From: an uncultured Candidatus Saccharibacteria bacterium
GTDB taxonomy: Bacteria; Patescibacteriota; Minisyncoccia; UBA6257; GWB1-50-10
DNA length: 46,990 bases
Assembly (NCBI GenBank): GCA_964365955.1
Contig: CAYISA010000006.1
Location: 1-46,990 of the forward strand
Reading direction: 5' to 3'
Made by a program: the position numbers and the translations under genes. Below are positions 16,832-25,240 of this stretch, piece by piece (position 1 is the stretch's first letter; the number at the start of each line of letters is the position of its first letter). Under the pieces are notes generated by a model, which searched no databases, was not told where the DNA came from, and worked only from the letters and a program-made list of their open reading frames with translations.

Positions 16832-16861
16832 AGACTAGCACGTTTGTTATTTTACTGTCAA
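16832..16861 (-). promoter_or_regulatory. sigma70-type promoter for the six-gene operon; near-leaderless
   Basis: The minus strand reads TTGACA (16861-16856), 18 nt, TAGTCT (16837-16832). Only 9 nt separate the -10 box from the ATG at 16822, and there is no Shine-Dalgarno sequence. Confidence 0.45.
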
Positions 16862-16923
16862 TAGACCCCCAGCCCTCGCAATGCCGCTTAGAAATCTCTC
16901 TAGTTTTGGAAGATGAAAAATCT

Positions 16924-17817
16924 TTATTTTCCTTGCTTTTCTCGACCCCAAAGATACAAGAGCGGGCTTGCGACAAAAATCGAAGAGTACGTACCAAAAA
17001 TGGTTCCCACAAGAATGGTAAGCACAAAATAGAAAAGCGGAGCGGGGCCAAAGAAGAGCAATGCGATGAGCACCAGAATAAGCGTGAGCGAGGTATTCAC
17101 CGAACGTGTAAATGTTTCGTTTACACTCTCGTTAAACACGGTCACGAGCGGCAACCGCTTCTGCCCACGTAGCAAATGTTCGCGGATCCGGTCAAACACC
17201 ACGATCGTGTCATGCACGGAAAATCCCATCACCACCAAAAGCGCCACAATAAAGTTCGTGTCGATCTCTATCCCATGCGTCCACCCAAGAAATGCCAACA
17301 GTCCTGTCGGAATGGCAACGTCATGGAACAGAGTGACGAGCGTCACAATGCCATACTTCCACGACTGGATCGGCTGAGACACTTTTCGAAACGCCCACGC
17401 AATATAGAGCGAGATCATCACGAGCACGCCACCGATCGCCCACAACGATTTGCGCTGCAACTCGCTTCCCACTGTAGGACCGATATTCGAATAATTTTTT
17501 TCATCCACCGTTCCCAGCGTCTGAAGCGCCGCGAGATATGCTTTCCGAGCGCCTTCCTCAAGATGCGGGAGGCGGAGTAAGAATGTTCCGTCATCCATTT
17601 TTTTCACAAAGACATCCATTCCTTGCACGGGTCTTAAAACATTTTTAAGCGCTTCCTCCATGACATTACCGCCCAGCCTGACCTGCCACTGTGTGCCGCC
17701 GGTAAGGTCGATACCGGGACGAAGACCAAATAGAATCACTAACACGATGCTTGCCAAAACCAAAGCCCCCGAAAATCCAAGAAAATAATTTCTCTTTCCA
17801 ATGACATCAAATTGCAT
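16924..17817 (-). CDS. secF: protein translocase subunit SecF
   Basis: 297 aa. The SecF topology and motifs (GIDLTGG..., C-terminal six-TM bundle) immediately follow secD. Confidence 0.88.
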   Translation of the reverse strand: MQFDVIGKRNYFLGFSGALVLASIVLVILFGLRPGIDLTGGTQWQVRLGGNVMEEALKNVLRPVQGMDVFVKKMDDGTFLLRLPHLEEGARKAYLAALQTLGTVDEKNYSNIGPTVGSELQRKSLWAIGGVLVMISLYIAWAFRKVSQPIQSWKYGIVTLVTLFHDVAIPTGLLAFLGWTHGIEIDTNFIVALLVVMGFSVHDTIVVFDRIREHLLRGQKRLPLVTVFNESVNETFTRSVNTSLTLILVLIALLFFGPAPLFYFVLTILVGTIFGTYSSIFVASPLLYLWGREKQGK

Positions 17818-17821
17818 AAAT

Positions 17822-19102
17822 TTATTTTTGTGATTGAACCGTTGTCGTCCCTTTGTCTTTTAGAAATAACCGGAGCATGGTGCGCGTAATCGTAATCGCG
17901 GAAAACATACTCATCACTACTCCCAAAAACAGCGAGAGGGCAAACCCTTTCACAAAACTGGAGGTGAAGTAATACAGCACCGCGGACGTGATCATGGTGC
18001 TGACGTTTGAATCCCGGATAGACGGCCACGCACGCTTAAATCCTTCCTCGATCGCGGCCACCCGGCTTAACCCCTTCTTTAACTCCTCTTTCGTGCGCTC
18101 AAATACAAGGATATTCGCGTCCACTGCCATGCCAATCGACAAAATGAACCCTGCGATGCCCGCAAGCGTAAGTGTTACCGGGACCATCTTAAATACCGCA
18201 AGCGTAAGTGCCACATACATAATAAGGGCAACTGCGGCAAAAATTCCCATCAGATGATAAAACGCGATCATAAAAAGCATAACAATCGCCGTACCGATTA
18301 AACCTGCGAACATCGCTTCATTCAAAGACGTGTTGCCGAAATCCGCCGAAACCGTTTGCTGATTGACCAGCTTGATGGGCGCCGGAAGTGCGCCGGCGTT
18401 AAACCGTTCCTTGATGCTTTTGACTTCATCGAATGTAAAATTTCCAGAAATCTGAGCGTGCCCTCCGCTGATTTTTGATTGAACCGTAGGACAGTCTGCG
18501 GTCACACTCCGAATTTCGTTATCCAAAAAAATACAGAGCCGTTTTCCGATGTTGCGTTCCGTAACGGTCTCAAAAATTTTTGCGCCGTCGTCCGTAAATT
18601 CCAGAAGCACCATCGGCGTTCCACCCACATCCCCCTGCCCAATCTGCGCGGACTTCACATAACGCCCCGTCAGTTCCGTAGGAACGAACCGCACCGTACT
18701 AGTCCCTTCTTCCACTAGTTCGCGGAAGTCCAGAAGCGGAGTTTGCCCGATCTGTCCTACCGCTTTCGAAATATCGTGAATGCCCGCAAGCTCCACCACC
18801 AACCGATTCGTTCCCGCGACTGTTTCGGTGTACACCCGCGGCTCACTCACGCCGAATAAGTTGACGCGGCGCTCGATCACGTCCCGCAAACCCTTCACTA
18901 CAAAATCTTTGTCCCCGCTGTCCACGCCGGTTAAATCAATTTCATAGGTGAGCACGCTTCCTCCCGCTACGTCGAGCCCTAAACTCCACGGACGCGCGTC
19001 GCTTATTTTTTCCCACGCAGGCGGATAATCAAACACGGCCGCGAACACAGAAAGCGAAACAACCACAACAAACAATAAAACTATCTTCCCACGTTTTGGC
19101 AT
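17822..19102 (-). CDS. secD: protein translocase subunit SecD
   Basis: Colinear with SecD (GLDVAGG..., periplasmic domain, C-terminal TM bundle). The ATG at 19102 (MPKRGKIVLLF...) is preferred over the track's TTG at 19138, which overlaps the divergent gene. Confidence 0.85.
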   Translation of the reverse strand: MPKRGKIVLLFVVVVSLSVFAAVFDYPPAWEKISDARPWSLGLDVAGGSVLTYEIDLTGVDSGDKDFVVKGLRDVIERRVNLFGVSEPRVYTETVAGTNRLVVELAGIHDISKAVGQIGQTPLLDFRELVEEGTSTVRFVPTELTGRYVKSAQIGQGDVGGTPMVLLEFTDDGAKIFETVTERNIGKRLCIFLDNEIRSVTADCPTVQSKISGGHAQISGNFTFDEVKSIKERFNAGALPAPIKLVNQQTVSADFGNTSLNEAMFAGLIGTAIVMLFMIAFYHLMGIFAAVALIMYVALTLAVFKMVPVTLTLAGIAGFILSIGMAVDANILVFERTKEELKKGLSRVAAIEEGFKRAWPSIRDSNVSTMITSAVLYYFTSSFVKGFALSLFLGVVMSMFSAITITRTMLRLFLKDKGTTTVQSQK

Positions 19103-19126
19103 AGCATCTAGTGTATAATAAGAATA

Positions 19127-20149
19127 ATGAAACAACAACTCACACTCCTAGTATTGGGGGAAGTATCACGTGCGGTGCGCGGTGAAATCTTTCAGCGCCA
19201 ACCCTTAAAAAGCGCCCCTCATTACTTCGAAATTTCCGTCCCTAACCAAGTAGTCATCAGCGAGGAAAAAATTTTTGCGGATGGCGCAGAAGCCATTATG
19301 CAACTAAAAGGATACCCGCCGGATATTCTTGTACTTCAAACCACCATTGAGGTCCCCGATATTTTCGATCAGAAAAAAGTTTCGGAACTGGAAGACCATA
19401 TTCTTGAGGAATCCTATAAAATCTTAAAAGAACGCGGCGGCCGCAAAGAAGCGAGTGAAACCTACTCTATCTTTTGCGTCACCGGCTACTCCGGAGATCC
19501 AGATCAGTTTGCTGGACACGCGGACGTCATCGCTGCGCTTCTAAAATCCGAAAAGGCGCGGTTGGACCCCGAAGAGGTCGCTTATACCATGTCTGCTCAA
19601 ATTAAATACGGCAACAACGACGCGGCTGTATTGGATTGGGACGGCGCTTTCTTATTCGACCCAGAAGGCGACATTGAGGCTTCGATTGAGCTTCTGACGC
19701 TCGCTAATCTCCAGCTTCTTCGATATCGCATTTTAGATCGTCATCTGGACGACCGTCTGGAACAAATGAAACATCTTGTGAAAACTCCGCCGAAACGTTT
19801 CTCTTTGCGTCGCGATAAAGAAGTGGAAAATGGCCTTCGTGGCATTATAAAATCCCGTATGGAATCTATCCAACAGTTTCAAGCGATCGAACGCGACATT
19901 AAACTGATTGGCGACTGGTACTTCGCGCGTCTTTACGACATGACATCTAAAAAATTAAAACTGAACGAATGGAGAAATTCCATCCGCGAAAAACTCGACT
20001 CCATTGAAGGCATCTATAACATGGTGGCGGAAAATCTTACCATCTCAACCAAAGACCGCGCCGAGTGGATTCAAATTATCGCGTTTTTTATTCTGCAGAT
20101 TGGCTGGCTCGTACTGATTGTGCTTGAATTTTTCTATTTTACGAAATAA
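19127..20149 (+). CDS. RMD1/DUF155-like protein with a C-terminal TM helix
   Basis: 340 aa. The tail ...IGDWYFARLYDMTSKKLKLNEWRNSIREKLDSIE...AEWIQIIAFFILQIGWLVLIVLEFF fits the DUF155 end pattern. TATAAT lies at 19114-19119, only 7 nt before the ATG. Confidence 0.45.
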   Translation: MKQQLTLLVLGEVSRAVRGEIFQRQPLKSAPHYFEISVPNQVVISEEKIFADGAEAIMQLKGYPPDILVLQTTIEVPDIFDQKKVSELEDHILEESYKILKERGGRKEASETYSIFCVTGYSGDPDQFAGHADVIAALLKSEKARLDPEEVAYTMSAQIKYGNNDAAVLDWDGAFLFDPEGDIEASIELLTLANLQLLRYRILDRHLDDRLEQMKHLVKTPPKRFSLRRDKEVENGLRGIIKSRMESIQQFQAIERDIKLIGDWYFARLYDMTSKKLKLNEWRNSIREKLDSIEGIYNMVAENLTISTKDRAEWIQIIAFFILQIGWLVLIVLEFFYFTK

Positions 20150-20160
20150 AAAAACAGCCA

Positions 20161-21354
20161 CTATAATTTTGCACGATTCAAGCGCGCCAGGATTTCTTTC
20201 TTAAAATCGGTAAATGTATCTGCAATAATTGCTTTGCGGATTTTTTTCATCAGATTGTTGAAAAAGAACACATTGTGGATAGTGGCCGCTCGCGCCGCTT
20301 CCGGGTTTTTTTCTTTGAACTGCGCGCATAAGGATCCGCGTGTAACTTTCCATCTGCCACACGCGGAACACATACACCCCTCTCCAAGTGGAGCATCGTT
20401 CCCCAACCATTTTGCGCGTTTTATATCATAGCGTCCGTCTAACGTCCAAATACCTCCGTGCCGCGCTTCGCGTGTTGGTATCACACAATCAAATGTGTCT
20501 ATTCCCGCCTCCACTCCAAGGAACAGATCGTCAATGCGACCCATGCCTAAAAAATGGCGCGGCTTGTTTTCCGGTAAATAAGGAATAACCCAGCCGAGTT
20601 CTTTAAAACTCGCTTCCTTTGAATCACCAAAAGAACTTCCGAATGCGCCGCCGATTCCAAATCCGTCAAATGGCAACGCTCCGATGAACTGCGCACTTTC
20701 TTTCCGTAAGTCCTCAAATGCTCCACCCTGCACAATTCCGTAGAGCATTTGGTCATCGCGTGTTTTTACATCCAAACATATGCGCGCCCATTTGTGCGTG
20801 CGCCCTAATGCGCGGCGCGTGTATTCCTTATCATGGAGTGGCGATGTGCACTCATCGAATGCCAAAATAATATCCGCGCCCAATTTTTCCTGAATGGCAA
20901 TCGAAAGTTTCGCATCTAAGAAAAACTCTGGCCCATCCGGCATTTCACGAAACCATGCGCCATCGTCCGTGATACGAACCAGATTCGGTCGACTCTCCTG
21001 TTTTGCCAACCCAACTTTCCCGACTTTTCCTATGCCATGTTCACGCGCGAACCCCATAGAAAATACCTGGAATCCCCCGCTATCGGTCATAATAACGCCG
21101 TCCCAGCCAAGCTTTGTATGAAGCCCGGGAAATTTCTGAAGCTCATCTCCTAACGTCCGCCACAAGTGGTACGTATTCGAAATCACCATCTGGGTTCCAG
21201 AGCGTGTTATGTCTTGGGGCATAAGACAGCGCACTTCAGCATGTGTCCCAACAACCACATAAGCCGGGGTCTCAACAATTCCATGCGGAGTTGTTAAGGT
21301 ACCCAAGCGTGCCTTCGTTTTTGAATCGTGTTTTTTTACTTCAAATCGATGCAT
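20161..21354 (-). CDS. tgt: tRNA-guanine transglycosylase (queuine tRNA-ribosyltransferase)
   Basis: 397 aa. ...ARLGTLTTPHGIVETPAYVVVGT..., the DSGGFQ motif, and a C-terminal Zn site CxCxxC...H. Confidence 0.9.
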   Translation of the reverse strand: MHRFEVKKHDSKTKARLGTLTTPHGIVETPAYVVVGTHAEVRCLMPQDITRSGTQMVISNTYHLWRTLGDELQKFPGLHTKLGWDGVIMTDSGGFQVFSMGFAREHGIGKVGKVGLAKQESRPNLVRITDDGAWFREMPDGPEFFLDAKLSIAIQEKLGADIILAFDECTSPLHDKEYTRRALGRTHKWARICLDVKTRDDQMLYGIVQGGAFEDLRKESAQFIGALPFDGFGIGGAFGSSFGDSKEASFKELGWVIPYLPENKPRHFLGMGRIDDLFLGVEAGIDTFDCVIPTREARHGGIWTLDGRYDIKRAKWLGNDAPLGEGCMCSACGRWKVTRGSLCAQFKEKNPEAARAATIHNVFFFNNLMKKIRKAIIADTFTDFKKEILARLNRAKL

Positions 21355-21376
21355 GTATTATCTGATAGTTCCGATA

Positions 21377-21404
21377 AGTGTATGAAAAATGTAAGCATTT
21401 TCAA
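21377..21404 (-). promoter_or_regulatory. possible promoter for tgt
   Basis: The minus strand reads TTGAAA (21404-21399), 16 nt, TACACT (21382-21377). Confidence 0.35.
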
Positions 21405-21487
21405 GTATTGATGGGATATTAATAAATTAAATCTACTGTGCCATAATTCGCTCAGTAGCTAAGAATAACAACTGAGAGGAGTAGAAA

Positions 21488-21733
21488 ATGAAACAAGGCG
21501 ATAAAGTAATCTGCGTGAACGGAAAATTTGAATCGCGCGAGACAGATCCGTTTACCAAAGAACAACTAAATCTTCCCAAAAATGGGAGAGTCTACACCGT
21601 ACGTCAAAAAGTTGAAACTGACTATGGATTTGGTATTCGGCTTGTCGAGGTAATAAACAGTAGGTTTTATCACGATCAAGGTGGGCTCCAAGAGCCATCC
21701 TTTGATGTTAACCGATTTGAGCTTTGTTCATAA
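21488..21733 (+). CDS. hypothetical small protein (81 aa)
   Basis: Strong Shine-Dalgarno GAGAGGAG 6-7 nt upstream of the ATG, its own terminator, and an AT-richer sequence than its neighbours. No family recognised. Confidence 0.55.
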   Translation: MKQGDKVICVNGKFESRETDPFTKEQLNLPKNGRVYTVRQKVETDYGFGIRLVEVINSRFYHDQGGLQEPSFDVNRFELCS

Positions 21734-21738
21734 TACAA

Positions 21739-21765
21739 AGTGCTCCACAGTGGGGCACTTTTTTA
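21739..21765. terminator. intrinsic terminator between convergent genes
   Basis: AGTGCTCC / GGGGCACT stem (one G-U pair), 5-nt loop, then T-run 21760-21764. Confidence 0.6.
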
Positions 21766-21766
21766 T

Positions 21767-23443
21767 TTATGATCTTTTAATATGCTTCAATGCGTAATCC
21801 ATGTTCGCATTCACCTTTTTGCCGGGGTTAAAGATATTCTGCGGATCAAAAATGTTTTTTATCTCTTGAAATATTTTATAAACCTCCGCTCCGAACATCT
21901 GTTCCAAGTACGGACTACGAATCAGTCCGTCATTGTGCTCTGCAGTGATCGACCCCTTATATTTTAAGACTAAATCATACACCTCATCCATGGCGGGCTT
22001 TATTTTTGCGCGTTCGGATGCTTCCCCAAGCCGCATGAGCGGAATCACGTGAAAATTACCGTCCCCTACATGCCCCGCGATGGTGTAGAGTAGTTGGTAT
22101 TTTTCTCCTATCGCATAAAGCTTGGGTAGGAACTCCGGAAGATACTCCGGTTTTACGATAATATCATCGATAAAGGGCGCCGTCTGCATGCCTTTCACTT
22201 TTTGGCGGAGTAGATTAAAGCTTTCGCGCCGAATCGCCCAATATTTTGCAGCCGCTTCTTTTGTCAGCGCCACTCGTGTTTTCACGCCTAATGACTTTAG
22301 CTTTGCCTCAAGCTCCATGATTTTTTTCTCGACTTCTTCTTTGGTACGCTCTTCAAACTCTATCATCATCACTAATTTTGGCATACCTTTTGTCACTACC
22401 ATCCAAAACTCCGGCAAAAATGCGAGAACAAGCGAAAATGGATTTTTTGCCAAGATTTTCACGAAACCCCATAAAAATTTCATCGCTAAGCGCAGCGTAT
22501 GATCATCAAACGACTCAAAGCTCGAAGGTTCATACGGAAGTACCGCGTTTACAATGTCCGCTATTTTTTTCAGGTCGTTTAAAAATACCACCAACATTCC
22601 GGAACAAGGTTTTTCCTTCACGGAAATTAATTTAAATGTCGCTTCGGTGACTACCCCGAGTGTCCCTTGGGAACCCACTAGAAGCTTCGTGAGATCGAAC
22701 GTATTCCGATCCCATACATCCCAGATATTATATCCGGCAGAATTTTTAGAAACGTCCGGTTTTGCGTTTTTTACCGTATCGTAATTTTTTTCCAAGAGCT
22801 CGCGCACCTTCCGATACAGCTCACTTTCAAACGTGTTTTCCGCAATTTTCTTTTTAAGTTCCTCTGCGTTCATCGGTTTCACTGCATACTCCTCACCATC
22901 CGTAAACACAACTTTCAGCGCTGTCACATAATGGTGCGTCTTTCCGTAGATCAGCGATTTTTCGCCGCCCGAGTCGTTCGCAACCATACCCCCGATGGCA
23001 CAAAGATTCCGGGACGCAGGGTAGGAAGGCAGCAAATACCCCCTCTTCAGCGTCTCCAGCTCGAAATCGCGATAATAAACACCGGGCTCCGCAACCGCAT
23101 ATCCCATCGCAGCCCCTTCCATCGTGATAATACGATCTCCCACTTCTTTTATTGAATTCATGTGCCGTGTGAAATCCATCACAATGGATTCCGTAAGCGG
23201 ACCGCCGCTCATGTCCGTTCCTGCAGAACGTGCGGAAAGCGAAAGGGTGGGATCATCTTTTTTATGCGACGCCATAAACTTCACTAAGTTCTTTACATCT
23301 CCGCTATGTTTCGGGAATGCCACAACAGCGGGCCGGATATCAAACAAGCTCGCGTCACGGCTGTAATATTCAAGGGTTGCGTTATCTTCTGCCATCTCTC
23401 CTTCTAAAAATTTCTGTATCTCTTGTGCGAGCATCGTATTCAT
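21767..23443 (-). CDS. FAD-linked oxidase (GlcD / D-lactate dehydrogenase family)
   Basis: 558 aa. N-terminal FAD-binding PCMH-type region (...VVAFPKHSGDVKNLVKF...ARSAGTDMSGG...) and a C-terminal FAD-oxidase domain (...GHVGDGNFH...GSITAEHNDG...). Confidence 0.75.
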   Translation of the reverse strand: MNTMLAQEIQKFLEGEMAEDNATLEYYSRDASLFDIRPAVVAFPKHSGDVKNLVKFMASHKKDDPTLSLSARSAGTDMSGGPLTESIVMDFTRHMNSIKEVGDRIITMEGAAMGYAVAEPGVYYRDFELETLKRGYLLPSYPASRNLCAIGGMVANDSGGEKSLIYGKTHHYVTALKVVFTDGEEYAVKPMNAEELKKKIAENTFESELYRKVRELLEKNYDTVKNAKPDVSKNSAGYNIWDVWDRNTFDLTKLLVGSQGTLGVVTEATFKLISVKEKPCSGMLVVFLNDLKKIADIVNAVLPYEPSSFESFDDHTLRLAMKFLWGFVKILAKNPFSLVLAFLPEFWMVVTKGMPKLVMMIEFEERTKEEVEKKIMELEAKLKSLGVKTRVALTKEAAAKYWAIRRESFNLLRQKVKGMQTAPFIDDIIVKPEYLPEFLPKLYAIGEKYQLLYTIAGHVGDGNFHVIPLMRLGEASERAKIKPAMDEVYDLVLKYKGSITAEHNDGLIRSPYLEQMFGAEVYKIFQEIKNIFDPQNIFNPGKKVNANMDYALKHIKRS

Positions 23444-23451
23444 TATATAGT
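23423..23451 (+). promoter_or_regulatory. possible promoter giving a leaderless transcript for the 23458 ORF
   Basis: TTGTGC (23423-23428), 17 nt, TATAGT (23446-23451), then 6 nt to the ATG. Confidence 0.4.
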
Positions 23452-23457
23452 GGAATT

Positions 23458-23766
23458 ATGAGCCATGAAATACCGGAGATCACCATGGGTGACATATCAC
23501 GGGGAATTCTAGAGACAGCGAAAAAGAAGATAGAGGCGGAGGGAATCAATCCTGCAGATATCGGAATTATCGGCCAGAATTTTAGCGCAGAAATCGCAAC
23601 TGCAATTGCGGTTACGGAATCTGGGCGTGGAAAACCGGCGGCACAAGAATTAGCGCATTATCTATTAGACGATTTGGAACGTGGTATGGCGGACCTACTC
23701 CCGGAAGAAGCCACTCAAGCCACGCGCGAGTATCTCAAAAAATATTACAACGGAACCGAAGCATAG
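23458..23766 (+). CDS. hypothetical small acidic protein (102 aa)
   Basis: The internal ATG of track ORF 23317-23766 avoids overlap with the divergent oxidase gene. Followed by a terminator. No family recognised. Confidence 0.5.
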   Translation: MSHEIPEITMGDISRGILETAKKKIEAEGINPADIGIIGQNFSAEIATAIAVTESGRGKPAAQELAHYLLDDLERGMADLLPEEATQATREYLKKYYNGTEA

Positions 23767-23767
23767 A

Positions 23768-23796
23768 ACCTCCGCTGTCATGCGGTGGTTTTTTTA
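23768..23796. terminator. intrinsic terminator between convergent genes
   Basis: ACCTCCGC / GCGGTGGT stem (one mismatch), 6-nt loop, T7. Confidence 0.5.
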
Positions 23797-25005
23797 TTGT
23801 AGAGAACGCGCGCCACGGAGCGCGCGGTGATAAGTAATTGCAAATCGATGCGCCTCATCACGCGCGCGAATCAGTGTTTTCTCGGAAATTCCCCCTGGAA
23901 TGGTCCCGATAAACTCATTTTTCTTCCGCTTGGGACCCTTTGCGATACCAACGATCGGAATCCGAAATCCCGCCTCATCCAGCGCCTCGCGACCGGCATT
24001 CACCTGTCCCTTGCCACCATCAATCAACATCAAAGTGGGAAGCGGCCACTCGTTATGCCGGAAACGCCGCCGAAACACTTCTTTCAGCATCCCCACATCG
24101 TTCGCATTTTTGAACGTTCGTATTTTGAATTTTCGATATTGTTCCTGATTCGCTTTCCCGTTTGTAAACACAACCATGGATCCAACCGCGGAATCTCCCG
24201 AAAGATTTGAGATGTCATATCCTTCAATGCGGGAAGGCTCTGGGAGTGCTCCGGGAAGTCTGATGTCCGCATCACGGATAAGCGCAACATCCTGTATATG
24301 TTTCAGTGAAAAAATCTGTCCGCGCAGTTTTGCGGCTTTTTCAAATTCCAATGCTTTGCTTGCACGATTCATTTCTCCCTCCAGTATTTTTATAATTCGT
24401 TCTTTTTTGCCCTCGAAAATAAGTTGGATGCCGCGTATCGTTTTTGCATAGTCGCGTTTGGAAACCGTCCCCATACAAGTACCTGGGCAGAGTCCGATCT
24501 GGTGGTCAAAACAGGGTTTTGAGAGCGCGCTAACGACTGCATCGGGATGCATATTCCACGGGAAAATGCGCCGCAGAATGCGGAGCGCCTCGCGAATACT
24601 CGCTCCGGAGATAAAGGGGCCGTAATGGATCCCACTCGCCGCTTTTTTTTCCTTCCCCCGCACCAATAGCACACGCGAGAACGGCTCTTTGGTGATTTCC
24701 ACAAACAAAAAACTTTTGTCGTCTTTTTCGAGGATATTATACGGCGGCTGATATTTTTTAATGAGCTTCGCCTCCAAAATAAGCGCTTCGAGTGCTGTGT
24801 CGGTTTTTTGGTAATCAATGGAGCGAATCTTACTCACCATCTTCTTGACACGATAATCGTGCGGCCGTAAAAAATAACTGGAAACTCGCCGCTTTAAATT
24901 CGCCGCCTTCCCAATGTATAACAAGCCGCCCCGCGCATCTTTCATCAAATACACGCCGGGGGTTTCCGGAAATCTTTCGTAAAGCGTTTCGATTTGGGTT
25001 GACAT
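23794..25005 (-). CDS. uvrC: excinuclease ABC subunit C, short form without the C-terminal (HhH)2 domain
   Basis: The ATG at 25005 gives 403 aa. It contains a GIY-YIG domain (PGVYLMKDARGGLLYIGKAANLKRR), a UVR motif (EFEKAAKLRGQIFSL), and an RNase-H-like endonuclease region (IEGYDISNLSGDSAVGSMVVF). It ends right after that domain. Confidence 0.85.
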   Translation of the reverse strand: MSTQIETLYERFPETPGVYLMKDARGGLLYIGKAANLKRRVSSYFLRPHDYRVKKMVSKIRSIDYQKTDTALEALILEAKLIKKYQPPYNILEKDDKSFLFVEITKEPFSRVLLVRGKEKKAASGIHYGPFISGASIREALRILRRIFPWNMHPDAVVSALSKPCFDHQIGLCPGTCMGTVSKRDYAKTIRGIQLIFEGKKERIIKILEGEMNRASKALEFEKAAKLRGQIFSLKHIQDVALIRDADIRLPGALPEPSRIEGYDISNLSGDSAVGSMVVFTNGKANQEQYRKFKIRTFKNANDVGMLKEVFRRRFRHNEWPLPTLMLIDGGKGQVNAGREALDEAGFRIPIVGIAKGPKRKKNEFIGTIPGGISEKTLIRARDEAHRFAITYHRALRGARSLQ

Positions 25006-25080
25006 AATTATACTCGGGGGAAATACTATAACCAGCTTCAGAGTATCAGATATTCTTTTAAAAACAGAGGGTGTTGAATT

Positions 25081-25209
25081 ATGAATTATATTATTTATGC
25101 TGGCGTTGTGATAGGCGCTATTCTGTTTGTTTGGTCCGGCTTTATCGGTGGAATCCAAGAAAAAGACCGCAGTGATACCGACCCGGACGTCAATGATCTT
25201 CCAATATAG
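25081..25209 (+). CDS. candidate 42-aa single-TM peptide (hand-translated, not in the ORF track)
   Basis: MNYIIYAGVVIGAILFVWSGFIGGIQEKDRSDTDPDVNDLPI. GAGGGTG Shine-Dalgarno upstream, and a strong terminator immediately after the stop. Confidence 0.45.
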   Translation: MNYIIYAGVVIGAILFVWSGFIGGIQEKDRSDTDPDVNDLPI

Positions 25210-25211
25210 CA

Positions 25212-25238
25212 AAAACCCCCATATTAGTGGGGGGTTTT
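25212..25238. terminator. bidirectional intrinsic terminator
   Basis: AAAACCCCC / GGGGGTTTT stem with A/T runs on both sides. It sits between the two convergent small ORFs. Confidence 0.7.
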
Positions 25239-25240
25239 AT

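Noticed and set aside
19103-19138. Divergent overlap of secD (track start 19138) with the DUF155-like gene.
   Set aside because: The 19138 start is a TTG. The downstream ATG at 19102 yields the expected SecD N-terminal TM helix and removes the overlap, so the overlap is probably an ORF-calling artefact.
25006-25212. 69-codon N-terminal extension of the uvrC ORF (track start 25212).
   Set aside because: The canonical GIY-YIG N-terminus begins at the ATG at 25005. The extension overlaps a better small plus-strand ORF and runs into the terminator hairpin at 25212-25238.
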